A stretch of 64,000 nucleotides of DNA. Source: a virus. Position 1 is the first letter of the stretch. Each line of letters opens with the position of its first letter. Below, in pieces: positions 9,617 through 18,325 of this stretch. Location of the stretch: positions 93,288 to 157,287 of IMG/VR virus record IMGVR_UViG_3300020171_000001, one strand, 5' to 3'. A program made the position numbers and the translations under genes. The notes under the pieces are model-generated. The model was not told where the DNA came from. It ran no database searches and saw only the letters and a program-made list of their open reading frames with translations.

Positions 9617-10239
9617 TGCCATCAACCTACGCCGTGCAGCCACCGACCCGGGCGCGGAGGCATCTGACGTTCTACGATGTAGATACCCCGTCCAACTACA
9701 TCGTGGTGCCGTACAACCCGGTTGAGTTCTCCGGCAAGATCGAGGCAACTCTCGCCAACCCTCAGGCTGTTGGCTGGACGGGGCCAGCTGTGCAGCACGG
9801 GTCGACCGGAGGCCTGTCGCCCGTTGAGATCCCACTGCGGTTCGACGAGCGCCCGCAGACAGACGCGCGTCGTATGGGCGTTGGAGCTGGGCTATCCTTC
9901 GAAGAAGCCCGCGACTGGCTCACATCTCGGATCTACAGCCCACGGTTGGGGATTGCGCCAGTGCTGGTTACCGTGGTTTGGCCCAACACCGTGTCATTCT
10001 GCGGTGCCATCGGCAGCGTGGGTGTCAACATCACGCGGTGGGACGCCACGCTGAAAGTACGCGATGCCACGATTACCGTGTCCATGCAAGAGATCGTGGA
10101 CGGCTTCCGATCAGCGGCTTCGATCGTGGCCAACGGGTGGGAGTTCGTGCGGTCTCCGGGTACTTCCGGCGGTCAACAACCGAGCATCGGGTTAGACGGG
10201 CACACGGCAGAAGGGGACTTTCCCCCGGAGTTGCCCTGA
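9616..10239 (+). CDS. tail tube initiator (CIS tube-like) protein
   Basis: TAATG-coupled to the tape measure; YNPVEF...PVLVTVVW...ATITVSMQE pattern. Confidence 0.75.
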   Translation: MPSTYAVQPPTRARRHLTFYDVDTPSNYIVVPYNPVEFSGKIEATLANPQAVGWTGPAVQHGSTGGLSPVEIPLRFDERPQTDARRMGVGAGLSFEEARDWLTSRIYSPRLGIAPVLVTVVWPNTVSFCGAIGSVGVNITRWDATLKVRDATITVSMQEIVDGFRSAASIVANGWEFVRSPGTSGGQQPSIGLDGHTAEGDFPPELP

Positions 10240-10622
10240 TGGCTGTAGACACGTCACTGGCGTCTTTCAACCTGGGTGGGCTGTACCGCCACGGGGCCAT
10301 CTACGAGGGAGCCGACGGGCGCTTGTACGTCTCTGTTCCTGAGCGGTTGCCGGCCTTCGACGTGGTGGACGGGCAGTACGCCGCGGTCTACGCTGCCCGG
10401 GGCGGCGGGGAGACTCTGATCGATGTTGCTCTGCTGTACTATCGGGGCACCCTGTCGTCCCCCGTGGACGCATGGGAGGTCCTGGCGCAGTTCCAGGACG
10501 ACCCCCTGGTGGACCCGTTTTGCTACCTGACACGTGGCCGACTCCTGCAAGTGCCTCCGGCGGCCTACTTTGGGGCGTATGCCTACGGGGATTCCTTGCT
10601 GGATGGATCTCCGGAGTTCTGA
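10239..10622 (+). CDS. LysM-like baseplate wedge (gp53/tail X-like)
   Basis: GETLIDVALLYY...WEVLAQFQ...DP...GRLLQVP; TGATG coupling. Confidence 0.75.
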   Translation: MAVDTSLASFNLGGLYRHGAIYEGADGRLYVSVPERLPAFDVVDGQYAAVYAARGGGETLIDVALLYYRGTLSSPVDAWEVLAQFQDDPLVDPFCYLTRGRLLQVPPAAYFGAYAYGDSLLDGSPEF

Positions 10623-10628
10623 GGCGCT

Positions 10629-12119
10629 ATGCCCGTAAGCGAATTCAAGACCTGGAACCCTGTTCTGCACATCCGGACTGTGCAGGGGAATGTCCCCGGT
10701 GAAGAACTGCGAAAGCGGACCCTCAAGCTCGCCTTCGTGAGCCGCCTGCGGGAGTTCGACCATATTGAATGGGAGGTCATGAACCACGATGGGCTCCTGA
10801 CGCAGCCTAGTACTATGGTCGCGGGGATGATCGTGGCCATCAAGCTCGGGTACATCGATCAGACTGCGCCCTGGCGAACCTTCGTGGTCAATCGCATGCG
10901 CGGCGGCGTGGGTGTCTCAGGCCGGGAGTGTGCATCGGTCGGGGATGGGGAGAGCACCATTACGCTGTTTGGCCGTAACCGAAATGCTCGTGGCGGACAG
11001 CCCCGGAGCCCACAGGGGCAATCATGGGAGGCCGGCCGAGGGTCCGCGAGGAAGTGGCCTGAAAAGGACCTCACGGCCAAGGGCAAGGTCCGCAAGCCAC
11101 GGAAGGTGCATCCGTCGACGGGCGACATGGATGCCACTGACATGCTCCTCAACCGGGAGCGATCCGGGGGGCAATCTTCCAAGCCCCGGGTGATCATCGC
11201 GCGGAGCACGTCGAAAGCCGTCATCCAGATTGCCCAGCGTTGGGGCTTCCGAGAGGAGCAGATCCTGGTCGAGAGCACCGGTGATTTCCTCGAAAACATG
11301 ACGGTTCCGGCTGGCCGTTCAGACGCCGAGCACCTGCAGATCCTGGCAAGGGACTACGGTTTTCAGTTCTTCATCGACCACCAGGGCGTGTTCCACTGGC
11401 ATTCCGTGGCCTACGCGCGGGACACGGCAAATGCAGGGCGGCCGGTCGAACAGTTCTTCTACGGAGGGGGTCCTGATATCCTCCGCATAGGCATCGACGC
11501 CGATTTCACATTGCCCTTCGCGCAGTCCATAAAGGTCAGTACAGCCAAACGGAAGGTCCGCGGCGTCCTGGTCCAGAACATGGACGGAGACGCGGCCATC
11601 AAGGCCGTTGGTATCGGGCAAGGCACGATCTCTGATCTGGGCATGGACGGTGGCCCGCGGGCTACGGAGCAATCGCGTCAGCTCGTGAAGCCTTACCATC
11701 TACCAGCTATACCCACGGACTATGGCTCTGCGGTTTGGGAGAGCATCCGCCGCAAGTACATTCGTAAGCTCACGGATGCCTTCAAGCTTACGATCAACTG
11801 TGTTGGCAATCCCAGGCTCCTGGCCGGCAAGATCGTGGAGGTTGCGGGCACCGGCTCAATCTTCGTGGATGGGCCGTGGATGATCGGAGAGGCCCGACAC
11901 ACCATTCAGAACAGCAACAGTATCGTATACGGTACGGATGTCCAACTCCAGCTTGCAGCGCGACCCGCTGGCGGGAAGAAGAGCAAGGGCAAGGTGCGTG
12001 TTGGATCTACGGGGAATCTACGGCTGAATCGGCAGAACAAGACGGATGAACGTGGCACATTCACTGTAGACGGCTACCAATCGACAGGCCGGTCCGTGGC
12101 CGGCGAGGGAGGCAAGTAG
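10629..12119 (+). CDS. baseplate hub protein (gpD/gp27-like)
   Basis: IKLGY, SDAEHLQILARDYGFQFFID, GNPRLLAGKIVEVAG...GPWMIGEARHTI motifs. Confidence 0.85.
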   Translation: MPVSEFKTWNPVLHIRTVQGNVPGEELRKRTLKLAFVSRLREFDHIEWEVMNHDGLLTQPSTMVAGMIVAIKLGYIDQTAPWRTFVVNRMRGGVGVSGRECASVGDGESTITLFGRNRNARGGQPRSPQGQSWEAGRGSARKWPEKDLTAKGKVRKPRKVHPSTGDMDATDMLLNRERSGGQSSKPRVIIARSTSKAVIQIAQRWGFREEQILVESTGDFLENMTVPAGRSDAEHLQILARDYGFQFFIDHQGVFHWHSVAYARDTANAGRPVEQFFYGGGPDILRIGIDADFTLPFAQSIKVSTAKRKVRGVLVQNMDGDAAIKAVGIGQGTISDLGMDGGPRATEQSRQLVKPYHLPAIPTDYGSAVWESIRRKYIRKLTDAFKLTINCVGNPRLLAGKIVEVAGTGSIFVDGPWMIGEARHTIQNSNSIVYGTDVQLQLAARPAGGKKSKGKVRVGSTGNLRLNRQNKTDERGTFTVDGYQSTGRSVAGEGGK

Positions 12120-12125
12120 TCGCCC

Positions 12126-12743
12126 ATGGGCTCGCCAATCCCAGGTTTCGTCACGGGGTTTGTCACCCGGCGGGATGACCCGCAGGGCCTCCACCGGATT
12201 CGTGCTGTGATCCCTGCGCTCCTGGAGCCCGAGACACCGTTCTGGATCTGGCCCGGGAACACACCGGGGGGCGGCGGGCCAAACCAGGGCGCGCTCTACC
12301 CACCGCCGCAGGTCGAAGCGCGTGTCTTGATTATGTTCGAGTATGGGGTTTGGGATACCCCCGATGCCCACGCCGTGTATTTCCCGGGCTACTATGGCCT
12401 GGACGAGGCCACGAAAGAGCCCGAGGGGCCTGCCACGACATATGTTGCGACGACGGCTGACAAGGCGCGGCAGCGCGCCACGATCTGGGAGGACTCGGCC
12501 TTCGCTATCTATGTGGCAAACGAGGACGATGACAAGCGCTTGGTGCTCCTGGCCAAGAAAAGTGGCAATCGCATCGAACTCAATGAGACCAGCGGAACGA
12601 CCAAGACTGGGGCCAAGATCAAGATCATAGCACGGACAGGCCTCTCCCTAGCCGCCGATGGACTAATCGATATCTATGCCAAGCTGGCTGTGCAGATCAT
12701 GAAGCGCCGGGTGCAGACGCTGACCCCAGACAAGGGGATATAG
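12126..12743 (+). CDS. baseplate spike (gpV/gp5 OB-fold)
   Basis: GFVTRRDDPQGLHRIRAVIP...W...PPQVEARVLIMFEYG followed by beta-repeat C-terminus. Confidence 0.85.
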   Translation: MGSPIPGFVTGFVTRRDDPQGLHRIRAVIPALLEPETPFWIWPGNTPGGGGPNQGALYPPPQVEARVLIMFEYGVWDTPDAHAVYFPGYYGLDEATKEPEGPATTYVATTADKARQRATIWEDSAFAIYVANEDDDKRLVLLAKKSGNRIELNETSGTTKTGAKIKIIARTGLSLAADGLIDIYAKLAVQIMKRRVQTLTPDKGI

Positions 12744-12753
12744 GAACTGTCCT

Positions 12754-13671
12754 GTGTCTGATATCGACCTCGCATGCCTGGGCATTCCGCTGCCTGCGCC
12801 CCCGCCGCAGATGGACTTGCCTGGGCTCGGCACGTTGCAGGAGGCGTGGAAGACCCTCGGGGGTATCCCATCTGCCTCAGACATGGTCGCAGAGTTCCTC
12901 AACCAGGCGCAGACCGCGCTGGCCCCGGTCAAGCGCTACTTGGAGATGGTGCAGACCGTCGCAGCCATCGTCGAGTGCATCACGAAGATCCCCGATGCGC
13001 TCATGTCGCTGGACCCGACTGAGCTCCTCGACTGCTTCGAAAAAATCCACAAGGCCGTCATGAAGATCCTGACGTACCTGCCGCCCCTGAGCTACCTGAA
13101 GATGGGCCTGGACCTCTGCTCGTTCTGCATTCAACTCATCGATGGCATCCTTGACCTCTTGCGGGCCATCGACCGCCGCATCCAGGATTACTCGAAGCTC
13201 CTTGAGGAGGCCAAAGCTGCCGGCGACCAGGAGCTGCAGCAGGCCATGTCGTGCGGGGCCTCCGAGCTGCTCCCCGGGATCATCCAGATGGCCGATGCCA
13301 TGCTCTTCATCAAGCCTGCCATCGATACGCTTCTTGAGCCATTGTCTATGGCCCCCGGGGGCGGGTCTCTCGCCACCATCAAGACCCCGCTGGCGCTGGC
13401 CGCGAGCTATGCCCTGAAGGCGAAGGCCCAGATCATGTCTCAGGGCGGCTCGCAGACTCCGCCGCTGCCGCCGTTCCCTCCGTTTACTTTTTCGCCTCCG
13501 GAGCAACCGGACTTCGTACCGTTTCCGCCGCTGGGGTCTCTGCTGTACGCCATGAGCATTCAGCGAGAGCAGCTGGTGTTCATGTACAACTTCTTGGCCA
13601 AGATCCTGGGCGGCGATCTGAAAGACAATGTGCTGTTCGACGCGGTATTCGGGTCCTTCAGCAACTTTTGA
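12754..13671 (+). CDS. helical Pro/Leu-rich hypothetical virion protein
   Basis: 305-aa ORF between spike and gp25 with phage-like codon usage. Confidence 0.7.
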   Translation: MSDIDLACLGIPLPAPPPQMDLPGLGTLQEAWKTLGGIPSASDMVAEFLNQAQTALAPVKRYLEMVQTVAAIVECITKIPDALMSLDPTELLDCFEKIHKAVMKILTYLPPLSYLKMGLDLCSFCIQLIDGILDLLRAIDRRIQDYSKLLEEAKAAGDQELQQAMSCGASELLPGIIQMADAMLFIKPAIDTLLEPLSMAPGGGSLATIKTPLALAASYALKAKAQIMSQGGSQTPPLPPFPPFTFSPPEQPDFVPFPPLGSLLYAMSIQREQLVFMYNFLAKILGGDLKDNVLFDAVFGSFSNF

Positions 13672-13695
13672 TTTCTCGCAGGGTTCTCTGCTAGG

Positions 13696-14181
13696 ATGTC
13701 CGGAATGGGATCGGGCCTGCAAACGCAACGTCTCCTGCCCCCGGGTCTCCGGGCAGAGGCCATTGCTTGGCCCGTGACGTGGGGCAAGGGCGGACTGGAA
13801 CGCGTGCAGGGCGTGGCTCGCATCCGGAGCGCCCTGGAGCACCTGGTCATTACACCGCTGAACGCCTACTGGGTGGACCCAAAGTACGGGAGCCTGTTTC
13901 ATCAGCTCCGCACGCAGGGGATGTCCATCGATGCATCTGGGCAAAGCGGGGGCGGCGCCGGTTCGGGCCTGCAGACCGTGGTTGTTTCGCACTTCATGCA
14001 GCAAGTTGCTATCTATCTACCGGCTGTGGCCGTCCACGGAGTCTCGCCCCGGCCGCAGGCAGACCACCGGCTCGTGATCCACGTCATCTGGACCCTGGCC
14101 ACTGCCCGAGGTCAGGGGTCTTCTGGGACGATGCAGGGGCCAGGTCTCGGAGCCATGGCCCCGCTGAACGTGGTGGTATAG
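13696..14181 (+). CDS. baseplate wedge gp25/GPW-like protein
   Basis: IRSALEHLVITPLNAYWVDPKYGSLFHQL matches the gp25 I..IL.T..GER...P.FGS pattern (divergent). Confidence 0.75.
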   Translation: MSGMGSGLQTQRLLPPGLRAEAIAWPVTWGKGGLERVQGVARIRSALEHLVITPLNAYWVDPKYGSLFHQLRTQGMSIDASGQSGGGAGSGLQTVVVSHFMQQVAIYLPAVAVHGVSPRPQADHRLVIHVIWTLATARGQGSSGTMQGPGLGAMAPLNVVV

Positions 14182-14185
14182 GAAT

Positions 14186-15760
14186 ATGGCCAAACCCCTT
14201 CTGCCCACGCAAGAACTGGATTTCGTCGGGCTCGACCGACAAATGCTCCTGGCGCGACTCCGGTGGAACGCCTCCCAGGCTTTCTCGGGCTGGATAGACT
14301 ACTCCCTGGCGTGCCCGGAGAACGTGATCTTGGAAGCTGAAGCGCTCCTCGGCGCCATGGGCTTCTCGCTCACCAACGAGCGGACTCGGCAACTCACCTT
14401 TGCCACGGTGACTGACCGCTTGATGATGATCCGGAAAGCCGGGCCCCATGGCCTCACACTGTCCTCGGCCACGGCTGCGCAGGTCTCCGGCGTGTTTTCC
14501 CTGCCCGGGGGCGCACTGGCCACGAAGGTGGTGACCGTGACTGCTGGTACTCGGCTCCAGGCTGGACCAGCGCAGTATGAGATGCAGGCCACTGCCACAA
14601 TCTCTATCGGGTCCAACGCGTCGGGCTCGGTCATCCTGGAGAATAGCGAGACGCAGTCCGAGCTTGTTCGGTCCGATGGCTCAGCAGACCAGGTTGTGGG
14701 CCTCTCATCCTACCCCGTAATCGACAGTAGCGTAGTTATCGCGGCGGCAAACGGCACGTATCGAACGACGCGCCCGGACAACGGAATGGCCTACAGGTCT
14801 TTCCTGGAGATGAGCGGGGCTACACTCGGCGCAGTCGTTCGCGTGGATAACGAGGGCCGTGGGTATGTTTTCTTCGGCAATGGCCTCAACGGAGTCATCC
14901 CGCAAGGCAACGTCCAGATCACGTATAAGACCGGCGGGGGGTCCTCTGGCCGTGTGGTCTCTGGGGCCTCCTGGACGTTCCTCGATGCGGTCTACGATGA
15001 GTCTGGAAGCCAAACCACTGTTCTATTCGCCAACCCGGCGGCGTCAACAGGCGGCCTCGACCAGATGTCTGTTGAGGAGGCCCGGGTTCGCTTGCCCATG
15101 CAGATCCGCGTGCGAGAGCGGACTGTCAACGAGGACGATGCGGAGACCACCGCGGAGACCACAGGAGGCATCGTCCGGGCCACGTTGATGACCTCGAACC
15201 ACTCGAAGAGCATCCCTGAGGACACAGGCCGGTTGTACCTCGTTGCCCTCGGAGCGCAGTACGCGGACACCGGGTACTACCCGCCGGCGGCGCCTACGAC
15301 CGCGCAGATCGCCGCGGTGACGGCCAAGATCGCTCGTGGAGGCGAAGCCCCGGTCATCATGGGGGCCCGAGTGACGGTCCACGCGTTCATCGCGCGGACC
15401 GTGAACGTCGCCGTCCGGGTTCACAAGGCAAGCGGCATCTCTGCGACCGCAGCCAAGGCAGCAGTGACCAGTGCGTTGCAGACCCACTTTGCTGTGGCGA
15501 ATAGCAGCGGAACGCCGCTTTACACTGTGGGCTTCGGGCATGAGATGCTCAGCTCCTCCGGCGTGGCGGACTACGAACTCCCATGGTCTGATCTCTTTGG
15601 CGCGATTCGCAGCACGCCGGAGATCCGGAAGATCCCATCAGACCCGCTCAACTTGCTCCTCAACGGCGCACAGGCCAGCGTATTCCTCAAACCCGAGGAG
15701 TTCCCGGTCTTGGGGGCCCTGACCGTGTACGACATGGACACCGGGGGCACCGTGATCTGA
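14186..15760 (+). CDS. baseplate J/gp47-like wedge protein
   Basis: WIDYS, FATVTDR, FGNGLNGVIP, YKTGGG..G, NPAASTGGLD...EEARVRLP...RTVNEDD motifs. Confidence 0.9.
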   Translation: MAKPLLPTQELDFVGLDRQMLLARLRWNASQAFSGWIDYSLACPENVILEAEALLGAMGFSLTNERTRQLTFATVTDRLMMIRKAGPHGLTLSSATAAQVSGVFSLPGGALATKVVTVTAGTRLQAGPAQYEMQATATISIGSNASGSVILENSETQSELVRSDGSADQVVGLSSYPVIDSSVVIAAANGTYRTTRPDNGMAYRSFLEMSGATLGAVVRVDNEGRGYVFFGNGLNGVIPQGNVQITYKTGGGSSGRVVSGASWTFLDAVYDESGSQTTVLFANPAASTGGLDQMSVEEARVRLPMQIRVRERTVNEDDAETTAETTGGIVRATLMTSNHSKSIPEDTGRLYLVALGAQYADTGYYPPAAPTTAQIAAVTAKIARGGEAPVIMGARVTVHAFIARTVNVAVRVHKASGISATAAKAAVTSALQTHFAVANSSGTPLYTVGFGHEMLSSSGVADYELPWSDLFGAIRSTPEIRKIPSDPLNLLLNGAQASVFLKPEEFPVLGALTVYDMDTGGTVI

Positions 15761-16692
15761 TGGAAGTGAAGAACCCATCTTTTGAGATCGCCGGGCTCGG
15801 CCCAGGCCAAGCCCAGGACTGGGCGGAAACCCAGACCGGCCCGGCGGAGGACATCGGTGTCTTCGACGGTGGCGCAGTTCTGGGCTCTGTACCCTTCGAG
15901 TGCTTCGAAGCCGAGTGGGGTGACAACCACCTGTCTGCCTGGGTGCTTACCGCAGCGATGGTTTCCCCGGGTATGTTCGAGTACGGCACCGAACCGCAAG
16001 AGACCTTCGAGACATCGTGGGTCGAACCCGCTGCCCCGACGTCGCCTCCGGTCTGGAACCACCATGCCCGCTGGGGATTCCTGGCTTCGGATCTGGACGC
16101 TGCGCTGTTCGATGTGGGCCTGGGCACGCCAGAGGCCTACGAGGACTTCGAGGCGTACTGGCTCGACAACGACGCAGCGAGCTGGATGTGGCCCGGGGGC
16201 GCGCTGTTCTCGTTCAACACAGAGGCCGGGCCGCGGGGGCCCTTCGCTGTCATCCTCGGCGATACCTTGTCGGTCAGCATAGACGGGGCTCCAGCGGTCA
16301 CCATCACGTTCGTCGCTGGGGCCACGACGGCCGTGGGCATCGCCGCAGCCATCGCTGCGTTGCTTGCCGGATGCCGCGTCTGGAGCACGGCATTGGGGCG
16401 CATCGGACTCGCCTCGAACGCGCCTTGGGGGACCATCCAGGTTACTGGCGGAACGGCCAACGCAGCCTTGCAGTTCCCTACCGGGGCACCGGCGACGTCG
16501 GCCACAGGGAGCTTCGATGTCGGGACACCGGAGAACGGGGAGGACTTCGAAGAGGAGTGGATGGACAACGAGACCTATGATGTTGGCTTCGCCCCGTTCG
16601 GTGGTGGTACACTGGGCTTCGCCCTGTTCGATGGCGGCAGCTTGCCCTATGAGAGCTTTGACGGCGTTGCCTGGACGGAGACCTTCGCGTAG
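15760..16692 (+). CDS. acidic virion protein with ExFE..W repeats
   Basis: Coupled to baseplate J; starts NPSFE; five acidic-aromatic repeats. Confidence 0.7.
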   Translation: MEVKNPSFEIAGLGPGQAQDWAETQTGPAEDIGVFDGGAVLGSVPFECFEAEWGDNHLSAWVLTAAMVSPGMFEYGTEPQETFETSWVEPAAPTSPPVWNHHARWGFLASDLDAALFDVGLGTPEAYEDFEAYWLDNDAASWMWPGGALFSFNTEAGPRGPFAVILGDTLSVSIDGAPAVTITFVAGATTAVGIAAAIAALLAGCRVWSTALGRIGLASNAPWGTIQVTGGTANAALQFPTGAPATSATGSFDVGTPENGEDFEEEWMDNETYDVGFAPFGGGTLGFALFDGGSLPYESFDGVAWTETFA

Positions 16693-16724
16693 CTCGGCTG
16701 GAAAACCTAAAAAGAGAGATCGGC

Positions 16725-17462
16725 ATGTCTCAAGCAGACTGGAAAGACCTGACGGGCACTGCGCTGGACACGGGCAGTATTCGCCGCGGAGTCTCGAGTG
16801 CCTTCGTGGTCCCCAACGGCGGGAGTACGTTCATCTATGGCCTGCGTGCGCTCGTGTCCACGACGGGCGCAGGCGGGAAGTACTGCGACCTCGCCGATTT
16901 CAAGCCCATCGTCGGCGCGAAGAAGGGCGGGTCTGTCTCGGTGGCCATGAAACGGCTTACCAGCGGGATCACATACGCGCCGTTCATCGGCTTGCTCAAG
17001 GGTACTGACCCGGCCACGGCCATCGGGTACTACCTGGGGCTGACCCAGGAGACCTCTTACAAGATCGGCCTGTTCAAGGGGACTCCGGCGACCGGCCTCT
17101 CGGCCAGCGCTGCGAACCTGCTTCCCGGTCGATCGAGCACCGCGACCTACACTGACGTGGGGGACACAGCCGCGGCCTGGCATCACCTCCGGCTCGACGT
17201 TCTGTCCAACCCACACGGCGAAGTGGTCCTCAACGTGTACAAAAACAACCTCGACGCAGTGACCGGCAATCCTGTCACCGCGCCGGTGTGGGAGGCGATC
17301 CCGGGCATCTCGCAGTTCATCGACGACCCACTGGGGTTCTGGAGCGGCAGCGCGCCCCACGAGGACGGCTTCTACGTGGTCTATGGCATGTACACGAACA
17401 ACGGCGCCGGTGAGGCCTGCGCCTTCGACCACGTGGTGGTCCAAAGGCAGATAACCCCGTAA
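16725..17462 (+). CDS. hypothetical virion protein (probable beta-sandwich)
   Basis: WHHLRLDV and FDHVVVQRQ resemble ConA/lectin-like strands; RBS present. Confidence 0.6.
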   Translation: MSQADWKDLTGTALDTGSIRRGVSSAFVVPNGGSTFIYGLRALVSTTGAGGKYCDLADFKPIVGAKKGGSVSVAMKRLTSGITYAPFIGLLKGTDPATAIGYYLGLTQETSYKIGLFKGTPATGLSASAANLLPGRSSTATYTDVGDTAAAWHHLRLDVLSNPHGEVVLNVYKNNLDAVTGNPVTAPVWEAIPGISQFIDDPLGFWSGSAPHEDGFYVVYGMYTNNGAGEACAFDHVVVQRQITP

Positions 17463-17496
17463 AGCCTCCGAGCGGGGCTTAGGCTGGAGCACCAAC

Positions 17497-18321
17497 GTGG
17501 CACACCCGTTGTGGGCGCATCCTGGGACACGCGAGGGGCGCATTGCGCCTGTGCACAGCTCCGCCGCGGTCGGCTCCGGATACTCCTACGGCGTACCCTA
17601 TCTGTACTACGGGAGCTACTACGGGCTGTCCGCGCATGTCTTCTGCCTCGGCCGCGACATCATCCCGTTCTCCCTCCGACGGCTGCAGATTGGCGCCACG
17701 GCGTCTGTGGAGCAGTCCTTCGTCGTCACGACGGTGCACAAGTTCCTCCTGTTCGTCTGGCACATGCGCGTGCCTACCAGCCTCCCGGTGGCCCGCACGC
17801 TGGTCAGCAACGGCTCCGTGTCCTTCGTGGGGGGCTATCAACAGGCCGGGTGCCGCGGGCTCCTCAGCCCTGTCGATGGTCTTTCCGGCGTCATCCTCGA
17901 TGCCCCCGGGGCTCTGTCGCAATTCCAACTCAGCGACTTCGAGCAGTGGTGCACCATCAGCAACGCCACGGACCCGGTGAACGACGGGACGCATCGCATC
18001 GTGTGCCCGTCGCAGGATGGCACCGAGGCCGGGTACTTCGACCGGGCCGTGCTCGAGAACGTGAACCGGATGGGCGTTCCGGCGCCCGACACGGGGTCCA
18101 TGGTCGAGCGCCTGAACGACCCTGCAGTGACTATCCGGGTCCACGGGCTGCGCTGGGTCGCTCGGGCTTACTGTGACTGGGGCGCCGGTTGGCAAGCCCG
18201 TGTGGTGCTCCAGGAGCCCGTGGGTCGCAACCTGATCCGGAGTTCCATGGCCTTGCATGTCTCTCAGTACACGGGGCCTCTGGGCGTCAAGTTCGAGCTG
18301 ATGCTCGAGCGGGCAGAGTGA
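17497..18321 (+). CDS. hypothetical virion protein
   Basis: 274-aa ORF in the tail operon with strong GC3 bias. Confidence 0.6.
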   Translation: MAHPLWAHPGTREGRIAPVHSSAAVGSGYSYGVPYLYYGSYYGLSAHVFCLGRDIIPFSLRRLQIGATASVEQSFVVTTVHKFLLFVWHMRVPTSLPVARTLVSNGSVSFVGGYQQAGCRGLLSPVDGLSGVILDAPGALSQFQLSDFEQWCTISNATDPVNDGTHRIVCPSQDGTEAGYFDRAVLENVNRMGVPAPDTGSMVERLNDPAVTIRVHGLRWVARAYCDWGAGWQARVVLQEPVGRNLIRSSMALHVSQYTGPLGVKFELMLERAE

Positions 18322-18325
18322 GGAA

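Noticed and set aside
8531-9835. Long antisense ORFs (also 12877-14004, 24625-25785, 31345-32562, 36876-38051, 58353-59363)
   Set aside because: They overlap well-supported genes on the other strand; expected in high-GC DNA
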